Assembly (NCBI GenBank): GCA_049297495.1
Contig: JBAQUL010000035.1
Location: 21,203 to 85,202 of the forward strand
From: Candidatus Moraniibacteriota bacterium
GTDB lineage: Bacteria; Patescibacteriota; Minisyncoccia; Moranbacterales; UBA2206
DNA: 64,000 nucleotides
Direction of reading: 5' to 3'
Made by a program: the position numbers and the translations under genes. Below, in pieces: positions 28,053 to 37,591 of this stretch. The notes under the pieces were generated by a model. The model saw only the letters and a list, made by a program, of their open reading frames with translations. It was not told the DNA's origin and ran no database searches. The number at the start of each line of letters is the position of its first letter. Position 1 is the first letter of the stretch.

Positions 28053-28298
28053 ATGAACGATTTTTGCGATTGCTCACAATGCCCACATCATTGCGGCGGA
28101 GATGAGGAAATAGTTTCACCAGCCAATAAAAATGATGATACGGCTACGACTGCGCTTTCTGATGATTCAGACGAAGTTTCTGATGACGAAGACGCCAAGG
28201 CTATGGCGGTCGAGAAGGTTAAAAAACTCAAAAAGGATATCAAGGCTCTCGGCTTTAAATTAAAAGATACAGATGAGGGGATAAGGGTAACGATGTAA
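28053..28298 (+). CDS. Small acidic Cys-rich protein (CDCSQCPHHCGG motif), hypothetical
   Basis: ATG 2 nt after the cysS stop. The track's ORF 28017.. overlaps the end of cysS. Confidence 0.35.
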   Translation: MNDFCDCSQCPHHCGGDEEIVSPANKNDDTATTALSDDSDEVSDDEDAKAMAVEKVKKLKKDIKALGFKLKDTDEGIRVTM

Positions 28299-28314
28299 AA
28301 AGCCTTGTGTTTCC

Positions 28315-28725
28315 ATGAGAAAAACCAAACTATTTGAAAAGGCCCTACCGTCACTCATGAATGTTTCTTTTGTTGCTATATTATCAATCCCGTTGACATG
28401 GATACACTGCGACACTGCGACCAAGAAAATTATCGTAATTGGTCTGTTTTTTGCATACAATTTATTCTTCCTCATTTTCAATAATAATCGCTGTCTGGGA
28501 ATGATTATCACTGACACACATTGGAAAAAAACCTATCCCCTCAAAAATAAATTTATGTTTATCTTTCTTTATTCACTCAGTTTTTCAACGCTGTTTTTTT
28601 GGTTTTTCTTTCCATTTGATTTATTCCTTTTTAATATGCTAATATTGCAGATACCTTTAATCCTAATCAAAGGCACGACTTTGCACGGTTTTTTATCTGG
28701 AGATATGGTAACTATAAAAAAATGA
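28315..28725 (+). CDS. Polytopic membrane protein, hypothetical
   Basis: Three to four hydrophobic helices. No family recognised. Confidence 0.4.
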   Translation: MRKTKLFEKALPSLMNVSFVAILSIPLTWIHCDTATKKIIVIGLFFAYNLFFLIFNNNRCLGMIITDTHWKKTYPLKNKFMFIFLYSLSFSTLFFWFFFPFDLFLFNMLILQIPLILIKGTTLHGFLSGDMVTIKK

Positions 28726-29693
28726 CAAAAAACTTCTGGCAAAAAATTGAAAAACCGATTTTAGCACTAGCTCCAATGGCCGGAATTACTGATAGTGCTT
28801 TTCGCCAAATCTGCCGACTTCACGGAGCTGATGTGACCTATTCCGAAATGGCAAGCGTGAGCGCGCTATTTCATAAACCACAAAAAACTTTAGAGCTAGT
28901 GAGGTTTAATAAAAAAGAGCGCCCCTACATCGTCCAGCTCTTTGGCAACAAGCCGGAACATTTTGCTGTAGCGACAAAAATTATTACCGCAGAAGTAAAG
29001 CCCGACGGCATCGACATTAATTTCGGTTGTCCCGCCAAAAAAGTTTTCAAACACGGCAGTGGTTGCGCACTGATGCCTCAAGTTGAACTGGCGCGCGAAG
29101 TCATTTCGGCTGTTTGTGATAACACCGATTTGCCAGTGTCAATCAAAATCCGCGCTGGCCTAAAAGATTTTAATGCCTTAGAGTTTATCAAAAAAACCAA
29201 AGACTTCCCCTACTGCGCAGTGATGGTGCACGGCCGAACATATGAAGGCGGTTTTTCCGGCACCGTTAATTGGGAATTGATTTCAAAAATTAAAGAAATA
29301 ATTCCCGAAAAAATTGTTCTCGGAAATGGAGGAATCACCACACCCGAAGGCGCACTCGAAATTTTGCAAAAATATCCCAACATTGACGGCCTCGGCATTG
29401 CTAGAGGCGCATGGGGCAAACCATATCTTTTTGAACAGATTAAGGATCTTATTGAGAAAATTCACCCTGTTAAATACGCCTTCGGCGTTCTTGCTTCGCA
29501 GGAATTTAACAGGGTAAAAAAAATAATGCTCACCCACGCCAAATTAATTTTTGCCGACAAAGCCGAAATGGGAAAATTTGAAATCCGAAAACACCTCGTC
29601 TGGTATATCAAAGGCTTCCCTGGCGCGTCCGAACTGCGCCGAAAACTGGTCCGCGCGGAAAGTGTCAAAGAAATTAAGGAAATTTTGAAATAA
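28722..29693 (+). CDS. dusB: tRNA-dihydrouridine synthase
   Basis: LAPMAGITDSAFR, DINFGCPAKKV and GSGCALM motifs. Confidence 0.85.
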   Translation: MTKNFWQKIEKPILALAPMAGITDSAFRQICRLHGADVTYSEMASVSALFHKPQKTLELVRFNKKERPYIVQLFGNKPEHFAVATKIITAEVKPDGIDINFGCPAKKVFKHGSGCALMPQVELAREVISAVCDNTDLPVSIKIRAGLKDFNALEFIKKTKDFPYCAVMVHGRTYEGGFSGTVNWELISKIKEIIPEKIVLGNGGITTPEGALEILQKYPNIDGLGIARGAWGKPYLFEQIKDLIEKIHPVKYAFGVLASQEFNRVKKIMLTHAKLIFADKAEMGKFEIRKHLVWYIKGFPGASELRRKLVRAESVKEIKEILK

Positions 29694-29768
29694 AAAAACA
29701 GGAGTAACGCATGTTTCCGGTGTTTACCGAAACTCAAACATCACTCCTTTAAAATTCACTGCCCCGAT

Positions 29769-29993
29769 TCAGCAACAGTCCCTGAAACAATCAGCGTAAT
29801 AATCCTCTATCTTTCCAGGGAATGGTCGGGCGCAAGTTTCGTCCGTATTAAACTCATGCCGTATAATCTTATTTGTCAAAATAACAACCTGCCTGGTTTC
29901 AGTAAGACGCATAAAATCGGCAAGTCCCGTGCCATCAAACAAGCCCGACTCTTTTGCATATTCTACCAGCTCATCCGAAGAGTTTTCTATCAT
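29769..29993 (-). CDS. Small protein (74 aa), member of a tandem paralog pair, unknown function
   Basis: ELVEYAKESGLFDGTGLADFM resembles VLITYAKEAELFSKEGLKVFL of the neighbour. Ends in CFRDCC. Confidence 0.4.
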   Translation of the reverse strand: MIENSSDELVEYAKESGLFDGTGLADFMRLTETRQVVILTNKIIRHEFNTDETCARPFPGKIEDYYADCFRDCC

Positions 29994-30020
29994 ATCCCTT
30001 TTCCTCCTTATTGATTATTA

Positions 30021-30260
30021 TCAACCTGTTGGCAATACGGCCAAATAAAATTTTATCCCCATTTTATTGTTTCCGATATAATTAACCACTTCATCGGGAA
30101 CAGGCATCAAGATCGGCTTTCTTTGGTTATGCAATGCTTTAAGTGCTACTGCAATCATTTCCACTTGCCTTCCCAAGCAATCATCCAGAAAGACTTTCAA
30201 GCCCTCTTTCGAAAAGAGTTCAGCTTCCTTAGCATACGTTATTAGCACACCAGCACTCAT
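30021..30260 (-). CDS. Small protein (~79 aa), paralog of the 29769..29993 product
   Basis: Start moved to MSAGV (ATG at 30260), which is preceded by a strong SD ggagggaggtgaaatt. Confidence 0.45.
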   Translation of the reverse strand: MSAGVLITYAKEAELFSKEGLKVFLDDCLGRQVEMIAVALKALHNQRKPILMPVPDEVVNYIGNNKMGIKFYLAVLPTG

Positions 30261-30409
30261 AATTTCACCTCCCTCCCGGTTCGCCCTATTGGACATTAAT
30301 TGTTGTTTTTTTGTAAAGTTACAGATTTCTCCTTGTGCACAATCATTGCATAAACTGGGCAAAAGTGCAAGTTGCCGAACTGGCCCGCTCCTGCTAGAAT
30401 AGATTAGCT

Positions 30410-31771
30410 ATGAGCACCACTGAAAACAAAGATCTTAAATTACCACCCCAAAACATCGACGCGGAAAAATCCGTCCTCGGTGCTTTAATGTTGGATAAAG
30501 ATGCCATCATCCGCGTGGCTAACCTCGTACGCCTCGGTGATTTCTATAAAGACACGCATAACATCATCTATGAAACGATGATTGATCTCTATGAAAAACG
30601 CGAGCCGATTGATGTGCTCAGTCTTTCTAATCGCCTAGAAGAAAAAGGTCAGCTTGATGCCATCGGCGGATCAAGCTATCTCGCGACTCTCGTCAATATC
30701 GTCCCTTCCAGTTCCAATGTCTCGCACTATGCCAAGGTGGTGCAAAAAAAATCCACTTTGCGAAAATTAATTGAAACTGCCAGCGAAATTGTCGAGCTCG
30801 GTTACCATGAAGAAGAAGACGTGGATAAGTTGCTTGATGAAGCCGAGCAAAAACTATTTGCTGTTTCGCAAAAGTACATCAAGCAAGACTTCGTACCAAT
30901 TCGCTCCATCCTTGAAGCAGCCTTCAATCGCATCGATGAGTTGCACAAAGGCGACCATCAGTTGCGCGGAATCCCCACTGGCTACACCGACCTCAATAAT
31001 GTGCTCGCTGGTTTTCAAAAATCCGATCTCATCATTTTGGCAGCGCGTCCCAGTATCGGAAAATCTACCCTAGCCATGGATTTTGCCAGAAGTATTGCCG
31101 TAAAGGAAAAAATTGGTGTTGGTGTTTTTTCTCTGGAAATGGGCGCTGATCAATTGATTGACAGGATGCTCGCCGCTCAATCGGGCGTGGACTTGTGGCG
31201 CTTACGCACGGGCCGCCTCAAAACCGGCGAGGGCGATGACGACTTTCAACGAATCGGCGAAGCAATGGGAGTGCTCAGTGAAGCCCCAATTTTCATTGAT
31301 GACTCCGGTTCGGCCAACATCATGGAAATTCGCACCATGGCAAGACGCCTACAAATGGAGCATAACGTTGGGATGATTATTATCGACTACTTGCAGCTTA
31401 TGGAAGGTCGCTCATCTAGTGGAGATAATCGCGTCAATGAAATTTCCGAAATATCTCGTTCCCTAAAACAACTAGCCCGCGAACTCAATATTCCCGTTAT
31501 CGCCCTCTCACAACTTTCGCGTAATGTCGAATCACGCAGCCCACAAATTCCAAAGCTATCCGACTTGCGTGAATCCGGTTCCATCGAGCAAGACGCTGAC
31601 ATCGTACTATTCCTCTATCGCGAAGACCGTGAAAAACCAGACACTCCCAACAAAAATATCGTCGAGGTTCACATCGCCAAGCACCGCAATGGTCCCGTTG
31701 GAAAAATATCCCTCTATTTCGATGAGTCATCCGCAACCTTCAAATCACTAGAACGAGTGCATACTGAATAA
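30410..31771 (+). CDS. dnaB: Replicative DNA helicase
   Basis: DnaB N-domain, Walker A ARPSIGKST, and IIIDYLQLM motif. Confidence 0.9.
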   Translation: MSTTENKDLKLPPQNIDAEKSVLGALMLDKDAIIRVANLVRLGDFYKDTHNIIYETMIDLYEKREPIDVLSLSNRLEEKGQLDAIGGSSYLATLVNIVPSSSNVSHYAKVVQKKSTLRKLIETASEIVELGYHEEEDVDKLLDEAEQKLFAVSQKYIKQDFVPIRSILEAAFNRIDELHKGDHQLRGIPTGYTDLNNVLAGFQKSDLIILAARPSIGKSTLAMDFARSIAVKEKIGVGVFSLEMGADQLIDRMLAAQSGVDLWRLRTGRLKTGEGDDDFQRIGEAMGVLSEAPIFIDDSGSANIMEIRTMARRLQMEHNVGMIIIDYLQLMEGRSSSGDNRVNEISEISRSLKQLARELNIPVIALSQLSRNVESRSPQIPKLSDLRESGSIEQDADIVLFLYREDREKPDTPNKNIVEVHIAKHRNGPVGKISLYFDESSATFKSLERVHTE

Positions 31772-31778
31772 AGGTATA

Positions 31779-31829
31779 ATGTATGAAGTATTATGTATAA
31801 AGTATTTTTAAATACATTATACATCATAC
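31779..31829. repeat. Solo palindromic unit of the 'gtattatgtat' family (arms atgtatgaagtattatgtataaagtat / atacattatacatcatac)
   Basis: Read directly, in the dnaB-recR spacer. Same arm sequences flank the four-helix-bundle gene at 48173..48550 and occur inside porA. Confidence 0.65.
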
Positions 31830-31846
31830 CAAATACTTACTACATT

Positions 31847-32440
31847 TTGTATCCCAAATCTTTCAAAAAGCTAATCGACAACTTCGCAGCCCTGCCATCA
31901 ATCGGTCCCAAAATGGCCGAGCGATTGGTATTGTATTTATTTAAAGAAGATAATCAAAAATTATCTGATTTTGCCAAAAGCCTTGAGGATTTCAAGAAGA
32001 ATCTTCGTCACTGCAAAAAATGCTGGAATATCAGCGAAGAAGAGCTTTGCTCTATCTGCAAGGATAGTTCACGCGACCAAGCTACTATCTGCGTTGTCGA
32101 AGATACGCTGGATGTTTTCGCGATTGAAAAAACCAAAAAATATAACGGCCTGTACCATGTCCTCGGCGGAGTCCTTAATCCAACAAAAACCGTCGGATCG
32201 GACAATCTACATTTCAAGGACTTGGAAAACAGAGCCGAAAAAGAAGCAATCAAAGAAGTGATCCTAGCGATGAACCCAACCACGGAAGGCGACGCCACAG
32301 CGCTCTATATTACCAGAAACCTAAAAGATAAGGGCATAAAGATTACCCGCCTCGCAAGAGGCCTCGCCACCGGCGCTGACATTGAACATGCCGATGAGCT
32401 GACGCTTAGCTCGTCGCTTGCCAATAGAAGGGAAGTATAA
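31847..32440 (+). CDS. recR: Recombination protein RecR
   Basis: LYPKSFKKLIDNFAALPSIGPKMAERL matches the RecR N-terminus (TTG start at 31847). C4 zinc finger CKKCWNISEEELCSIC and Toprim domain. Confidence 0.8.
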   Translation: MYPKSFKKLIDNFAALPSIGPKMAERLVLYLFKEDNQKLSDFAKSLEDFKKNLRHCKKCWNISEEELCSICKDSSRDQATICVVEDTLDVFAIEKTKKYNGLYHVLGGVLNPTKTVGSDNLHFKDLENRAEKEAIKEVILAMNPTTEGDATALYITRNLKDKGIKITRLARGLATGADIEHADELTLSSSLANRREV

Positions 32441-32668
32441 AAAACCCAAACTGGAATCCACCCCGTCCGGTCCTTCGGCTTTGCCTTACTGAAGCTTTAG
32501 CAAAAGCAGCTCACCTTCTCATTGGCAAGGATAAGAGCTTTCTTCAACTTTTTATCCCCTCTCCTTGATAAGGAGAGGGTTGGGGTGAGGTGAATTTTTT
32601 ATAGCAAAAACCCGAACAGCGACAGGGTTAAAAACCAATCACAATAATAATCAATGGGTCACAAAAAA

Positions 32669-32694
32669 AGCCGACAGGAATCTCCTGCTGGGCT
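32669..32694 (-). terminator. Rho-independent terminator for the minus-strand gene 32726..33430
   Basis: agcccagcagg-agattc-ctgtcggct hairpin followed (minus strand) by TTTTTTT. Confidence 0.55.
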
Positions 32695-32725
32695 ATTATT
32701 TTTATAATATTGTTTTTTTATTAAC

Positions 32726-33430
32726 CTATTTTGTGAATTTGAATGAAGAAATTATCAACTTTTCTTGAGCTGAAAGTTTGCCACCATCCCAAAAGGTGAT
32801 GTGAAAAATATAATCATTTTTTTGTGCTGTAATCTGATAAGTTCCACCATAACCAGCACCACCATCCTTTTGAGAGTTACCCACCGCAGCTCCACCTGCG
32901 AAAGAAATCGGTGTTCCCTCTAGTAATTTTGATTGAGGATTGTAATTGTTAGAATAACTAACATACATCCGGGATGGCCCTCCTTGATAACCACCATGTT
33001 CAACTTTTTTGTTATAATCTTCTTCCGTGAGCATTCCGATAGTATAAGCACCTGCTGCATGATCAGCACTTTCTTTACAAATAACAAACTCGGCAGGATA
33101 TTTAAATTCGAGACCAATTTGTGCATCAACATAGGTTTTCCATCCTGCATATTTACCTGAAACATCCGGCTGTACAATTGATGGTATCGCGGGGTATTCT
33201 TCCGACTGAGTTTCAACTGGTTGCGTTAGTGTTTTTTTTATAGGAGTCGACGCGGCTATCTGAGCCGCAATCAATTGCGCTGGCGATTTTGTCACAGGAA
33301 CCGACACTGCTGTCTGAGTCAAATCAGTCGACATATTTTTTTCATATTGCCATACAAACATCCCTGCCGTAATTGCAATAATCACAATCACGATTGTTCC
33401 TGAAAGTGTTGGAATTTTTTTATTATCCAT
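32726..33430 (-). CDS. Membrane-anchored secreted hypothetical protein
   Basis: Start at MDNKKIPTLSGTIVIVIIAITAGMF (TM anchor). Gly/Tyr-rich C-terminal domain. Confidence 0.45.
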   Translation of the reverse strand: MDNKKIPTLSGTIVIVIIAITAGMFVWQYEKNMSTDLTQTAVSVPVTKSPAQLIAAQIAASTPIKKTLTQPVETQSEEYPAIPSIVQPDVSGKYAGWKTYVDAQIGLEFKYPAEFVICKESADHAAGAYTIGMLTEEDYNKKVEHGGYQGGPSRMYVSYSNNYNPQSKLLEGTPISFAGGAAVGNSQKDGGAGYGGTYQITAQKNDYIFHITFWDGGKLSAQEKLIISSFKFTK

Positions 33431-33522
33431 TTTTTTATTTTTTAAAATTATTGTTTCAATCTTTTTTCCTAACTTATTTATACCAAAAAAGCACACTTCT
33501 GTCTAATTCGCAAAACAAAAAA

Positions 33523-33543
33523 CCCGAACCATTTCAGTTCGGG
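33523..33543. terminator. Bidirectional terminator downstream of rplU
   Basis: cccgaac-catttcag-ttcggg with an A6 run 5' and a T6 run 3'. Confidence 0.65.
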
Positions 33544-33585
33544 ATTTTTTATCTAAAGAATACCAAATACTTTATACCAGATACC

Positions 33586-33894
33586 CTATACTATCTTAGT
33601 AATTTCCACCTCTGTGAAGATTTGGCGATGTCCAAATTTAACCTTATATCTTTTTTTGGCTTTAAATTTGATACCGGTCACTTTGTCACCTTGCTCGGTG
33701 CGAAGAATCTTGCCTTCCACTATTGCGCCAGTGAGAAATGGTGTCCCGACTTTTATTTCTTTTTCGTCGCCCACAAAAAGCACTTCGCGAAATTCGATTG
33801 TGCTCCCAACTGCATCTTCCAGTTTTTCAACCTTAATTTTGTCGCCGACCTTAACCTTGTATTGCTTGCCGCCGGTTTTGATAATTGCCAACAT
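33586..33894 (-). CDS. rplU: 50S ribosomal protein L21
   Basis: MLAIIKTGGKQYKVKVGDKIKVEKL. Start at the second Met. Confidence 0.88.
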   Translation of the reverse strand: MLAIIKTGGKQYKVKVGDKIKVEKLEDAVGSTIEFREVLFVGDEKEIKVGTPFLTGAIVEGKILRTEQGDKVTGIKFKAKKRYKVKFGHRQIFTEVEITKIV

Positions 33895-34014
33895 AATAGA
33901 ATTCACTAAATTTAATTAAAAGCTTTAACTTAGCCATTGTACTGTACTTTTTAGCTCCTGTCAACATAACCCGCCCGCAACTTGTCCCCCTTAGTCAAAA
34001 AAACGCAATAAGCC

Positions 34015-34746
34015 CTAAATTTCTGACCGGTCGATACCAATACTCGCAAGGAGCTCTAGCTGCTCAGGACCTTCGATTTCTCGATATTCTCGCGTTTTCA
34101 GGCCTCCCAGCTTAATATTCATGATTCTTACTCGCTTGAGCTCAGTCACTTTGCGCTCTAGTTTTTCACACATCCGTCTGATTTGTCTTTTTTTACCTTC
34201 TGTAAGCACGATAGAAAAAGCTAAATCATTAACTTTTTCGACCACGCAAGGCCTTGTCCGATATCCATCATCTAAAATTACCCCTTCAGCCATATTCTTT
34301 ATAAACGCCGGGCTAATTGTCCTGTCAACTTTGACCAAATATTCCTTTTCGTGATAATGATCAGGATTAAGTAGCCTGTCTGTCACGCGACCATCGTTTG
34401 TGAGAATAATTAGCCCATGTGAATCCTTGTCGAGCCTGCCAACCGGAAAAACTTTTTGTGAATAGTTGAAAATATCTTCAATACTCCGCTCTCCTTTTTG
34501 AGGACTATGCGTCACAATACCTTGTGGCTTATTATACGCCAAGTACACCATTTTTTTATTGCGGCGGATATCCTTGTCAATTGTCACTTCATCAGCTTCG
34601 TTAACCTTAGCACCAAGAACTGCTACTTGACCATTGATTTTGACTCGTCCAGATTTAATGATTTCATCTGCTGCGCGACGTGTGCAAAAATTATTATAAG
34701 CCAGATACTTATTAATCCGGATTGGAAAAATGATTTCTTTTTTCAT
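34015..34746 (-). CDS. RsuA/RluB-family pseudouridine synthase (S4 plus catalytic domain)
   Basis: S4 domain INKYLAYNNFCTRRAADEII and catalytic VGRLDKDSHGLIILTNDG. Confidence 0.8.
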   Translation of the reverse strand: MKKEIIFPIRINKYLAYNNFCTRRAADEIIKSGRVKINGQVAVLGAKVNEADEVTIDKDIRRNKKMVYLAYNKPQGIVTHSPQKGERSIEDIFNYSQKVFPVGRLDKDSHGLIILTNDGRVTDRLLNPDHYHEKEYLVKVDRTISPAFIKNMAEGVILDDGYRTRPCVVEKVNDLAFSIVLTEGKKRQIRRMCEKLERKVTELKRVRIMNIKLGGLKTREYREIEGPEQLELLASIGIDRSEI

Positions 34747-34799
34747 TTAGTTCGCTTTATACAATTAGGACCCATGCCTCTATCTAAAAAACAAAAAAA

Positions 34800-34939
34800 T
34801 GTCATCCTGAGCGTAGTTCGTACTCGAACGCAGTCGAAGGATCTGCCCACCAATACCTCGATTTTTTTAAATATAAACCAAGCTCTGGATAACGCAAAGC
34901 AGATTCTTCGACTCCGCTGCGCTACGCTCAGAATGACAG
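34800..34939. mobile_element. MITE-like 140-bp palindromic element, copy 1 (~40-bp imperfect terminal inverted repeats tgtcatcctgagcgtag... / ...ctacgctcagaatgaca)
   Basis: About 92% identical to the copy at 44924-45052. The arms are reverse complements of one another (gcagtcgaaggatctgcc vs ggcagattcttcgactc) around an AT-rich centre. Confidence 0.65.
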
Positions 34940-34979
34940 AGATTGTTTATTTTTTTCATGCAAATGCGCAAGTTTTAAT

Positions 34980-35816
34980 CTAGCATAAGGCATCAATTTT
35001 GTCCACCACCTCATCAATTAGAAACTGCGCCGTCGAAGCACCAGCAGCGATGCCCACCTTTTTGACCCCTGCGAACCATTCAAGTTGCAACTCGGAAGCT
35101 GTTTCAATGTGCTTAGTCGATGTTTTTTGCGCCTCACACAATTGCACCAACTTTCCAGTATTACTGGAATTTCTTCCTCCAATCACAAGCATGATGTCCA
35201 CCTCTTTTGCTAACGCGGAAACCTCCGCTTGCTTGGTTGAGCTATCAAGACAAATCGTATTTTCAATCACTAAGTGTTTTGTTTTTTCCAAGAGTTCCGC
35301 CACCACATTTTTCAAAAGTTCCATTTTCTGCGTTGTCTGACTGAGCACGCCAACCTTGCCTTTGAATTTTATATTCCTTACCTCACTTGCATCATGGATT
35401 ATTTTCGCCGAATTACTAGCCCAAGCATTTATTCCGATTACTTCAGCATGCTCCGGGTCACCACAAATAACCACATCATACTCATCGTCGTGAAATTTTT
35501 TCGCCACCAATTGAGCGCGCCGCACGAAAGGACAAGTTGCATCTAAGATTTTCCCGCCCTGAGCAATAACATCTTTCACAATATTCGGATCAATTCCATG
35601 ACTACGCACCAAAAAAAGACTCCCTGCTGGAACTTCCGCCAGATCTTTGACAGTCACAAGACCCCGTTGCTCCAACTTTTCAATCACTTGCTGATTATGA
35701 ATAAGGGAGCCCAAGCAATAAACTTTGCGCCCACCCTCCAAGGCTTTTTCCGCCATGTCCACCGCACGCCTAACTCCGAAACAAAAACCAGCATGCTTAG
35801 CAATTATAATTTCCAT
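34980..35816 (-). CDS. ispH: 4-hydroxy-3-methylbut-2-enyl diphosphate reductase
   Basis: MEIIIAKHAGFCFGVRRAV, ATCPFV and SSNTGKL motifs (three Cys ligands). Confidence 0.88.
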   Translation of the reverse strand: MEIIIAKHAGFCFGVRRAVDMAEKALEGGRKVYCLGSLIHNQQVIEKLEQRGLVTVKDLAEVPAGSLFLVRSHGIDPNIVKDVIAQGGKILDATCPFVRRAQLVAKKFHDDEYDVVICGDPEHAEVIGINAWASNSAKIIHDASEVRNIKFKGKVGVLSQTTQKMELLKNVVAELLEKTKHLVIENTICLDSSTKQAEVSALAKEVDIMLVIGGRNSSNTGKLVQLCEAQKTSTKHIETASELQLEWFAGVKKVGIAAGASTAQFLIDEVVDKIDALC

Positions 35817-35834
35817 AAGAAAAAATTTAATGTG

Positions 35835-35905
35835 TTCGGAGATAGGGATTCGAACCCCAATTAACAGAGTCAGAGTCTGTTGTCCTACCGTTAGACGATC
35901 TCCGA
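35835..35905 (-). tRNA. tRNA-Gln (anticodon CTG)
   Basis: Reverse complement TCGGAGATCGTCTAACGGTAGGACAACAGACTCTGACTCTGTTAATTGGGGTTCGAATCCCTATCTCCGAA. U1-A72 acceptor, canonical TTCGAAT T-loop, anticodon loop CTCTGAC. Confidence 0.7.
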
Positions 35906-36127
35906 AATATTTAGTTCAAAACTAGCAACCCTACATTTCCCAAACTGGCAAAACAGCGCGAGCTAGCATTGCAACTCTTGGTTTATACACTAGATTCCCG
36001 CCGGAGTTTATACTCGTGAAAACGGGTGCGGGAATGACATGCAATTAAATCATATTACAAAACAACTGCTTTGGCAAAAAAATTCAGGCCGTCTTGGCCT
36101 GAATATTGAAACTAAAATAATTCTTGC

Positions 36128-37360
36128 CTATTTCCCCATTTTTCTGCGAATAAAGGCGGGGATTTCCAATTCATCGTCGTCATCCTCATCGGACAATTCC
36201 TTATCTTTTTGCATGAAAGCTGTTGATCTTTGAATTTTTGGTGGAACCTTTTCTTCAATAATCATCCTTGATTCCTCTCTGACTGAAAAAGTGTTTTTCA
36301 AATCTTCCTCCGGCTCATCGCGAATAATAGAAATTTCCGGCTCAGTTACTGTTTTGACTCTTGATAATCTTTCCATTGGAGACAAGCGAGACTCACTAAT
36401 CATCTCCTCATCAAATCCAGTTGCCACAACAGTAATTTGCACCTCACCTTTTTTGAGCGTTTCATCAACCACCGCTCCAAAAATAACCTTCGCGTTTGGA
36501 TCAATTGCTTCCGTGATAATGTTAGCCGCCTCATTAATCTCAAGCATCGTAAGATCGGAAGATCCGGAGACATTGAAAAGCACGCCCTTGGCACCATCGA
36601 TTGAAAGTTCAAGTAGTGGACTGTTAATTGCCGCTTTGGCTGCTTCGGCTGCGCGATTCTCGCCCGTGCCAATTCCAATTCCCATAAGCGCTGAACCACT
36701 ATTACTCATAATGGCCTTCACGTCGGCGAAGTCGACATTGACGATACCTGGCTTGGTGATCAAATCAGAGATACCTTGCACGCCTTGGCGGAGCACATCA
36801 TCAACAATCTTAAAGGAATTGATCAGAGTAGTCTTCTTGTCGATTATTTGCAGCAATTTATCATTAGGAATCGTAATTAAAGTATCCACCCGTTCTCGCA
36901 AATTTTGTAAACCTTCTTCGGCAATTGCTCTTCTTTGTGCGCCCTCAAAACTAAACGGCTTTGTAACAACAGCTACTGTAAGGGCCCCCAATTCCTTTGC
37001 GGCCTCTGCAACAATCGGAGCGGCTCCGGTTCCCGTTCCTCCACCGAGTCCACAAGTAATAAAAACCATATCAGCGCCTTTCAGCACATCTAAAATTTCA
37101 TCACGATTTTCCTCCGCTGCTTGACGACCAATATCAGGATTCATTCCTGCGCCAAGACCCTTGGTCAAATTCTTTCCAATGTGCACTTTCTCAGCTGCCT
37201 TATTATGATGCAAATCTTGAGCATCTGTATTAATTGCAACAAATTCTACTCCTTTAATTTTAGTTTCGATCATGCGACTGATTCCATGCCCTCCTGATCC
37301 GCCGACACCAACCACTTTGATGCGCGCAAAAGTTTCTACCGGTGGTTTTATTTCTGCCAT
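36128..37360 (-). CDS. ftsZ: Cell-division GTPase FtsZ
   Basis: GGGTGTGAAPIVAE tubulin signature and an acidic C-terminal tail. Confidence 0.92.
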   Translation of the reverse strand: MAEIKPPVETFARIKVVGVGGSGGHGISRMIETKIKGVEFVAINTDAQDLHHNKAAEKVHIGKNLTKGLGAGMNPDIGRQAAEENRDEILDVLKGADMVFITCGLGGGTGTGAAPIVAEAAKELGALTVAVVTKPFSFEGAQRRAIAEEGLQNLRERVDTLITIPNDKLLQIIDKKTTLINSFKIVDDVLRQGVQGISDLITKPGIVNVDFADVKAIMSNSGSALMGIGIGTGENRAAEAAKAAINSPLLELSIDGAKGVLFNVSGSSDLTMLEINEAANIITEAIDPNAKVIFGAVVDETLKKGEVQITVVATGFDEEMISESRLSPMERLSRVKTVTEPEISIIRDEPEEDLKNTFSVREESRMIIEEKVPPKIQRSTAFMQKDKELSDEDDDDELEIPAFIRRKMGK

Positions 37361-37591
37361 ATATTTTTATTGATGAATAGAAAATTTAAATAAACAAAAA
37401 CACAGATTCTTCGAAATCTATTTTAAAAATTTTATTTTTTATTTTGGTTTTACTGACTGCCAATCGGCATCGATTCTCAGCCCCTTTTTCGTTAATTAAA
37501 TCTAGCATATTAGATTAGTAGCTGTCAAACAGAGAATTAATACCACTTAACAACAATTTTAAAACCCAATATTGCCCAATTTCAGGGCAAA

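Noticed and set aside
32441-32725. Small structured ncRNA (SRP, 6S or tmRNA) in the 285-nt convergent spacer after recR
   Set aside because: I saw only terminator-like hairpins and no recognisable SRP, 6S or tmRNA consensus. This cannot be excluded without covariance-model searches.
36291-37124. 277-aa plus-strand ORF antisense to ftsZ; similar antisense ORFs at 12765..13292 (inside the REC-rSAM gene) and 20195..20902 (inside smc)
   Set aside because: They are low-complexity mirror frames of well-supported genes, without independent motifs or RBS.
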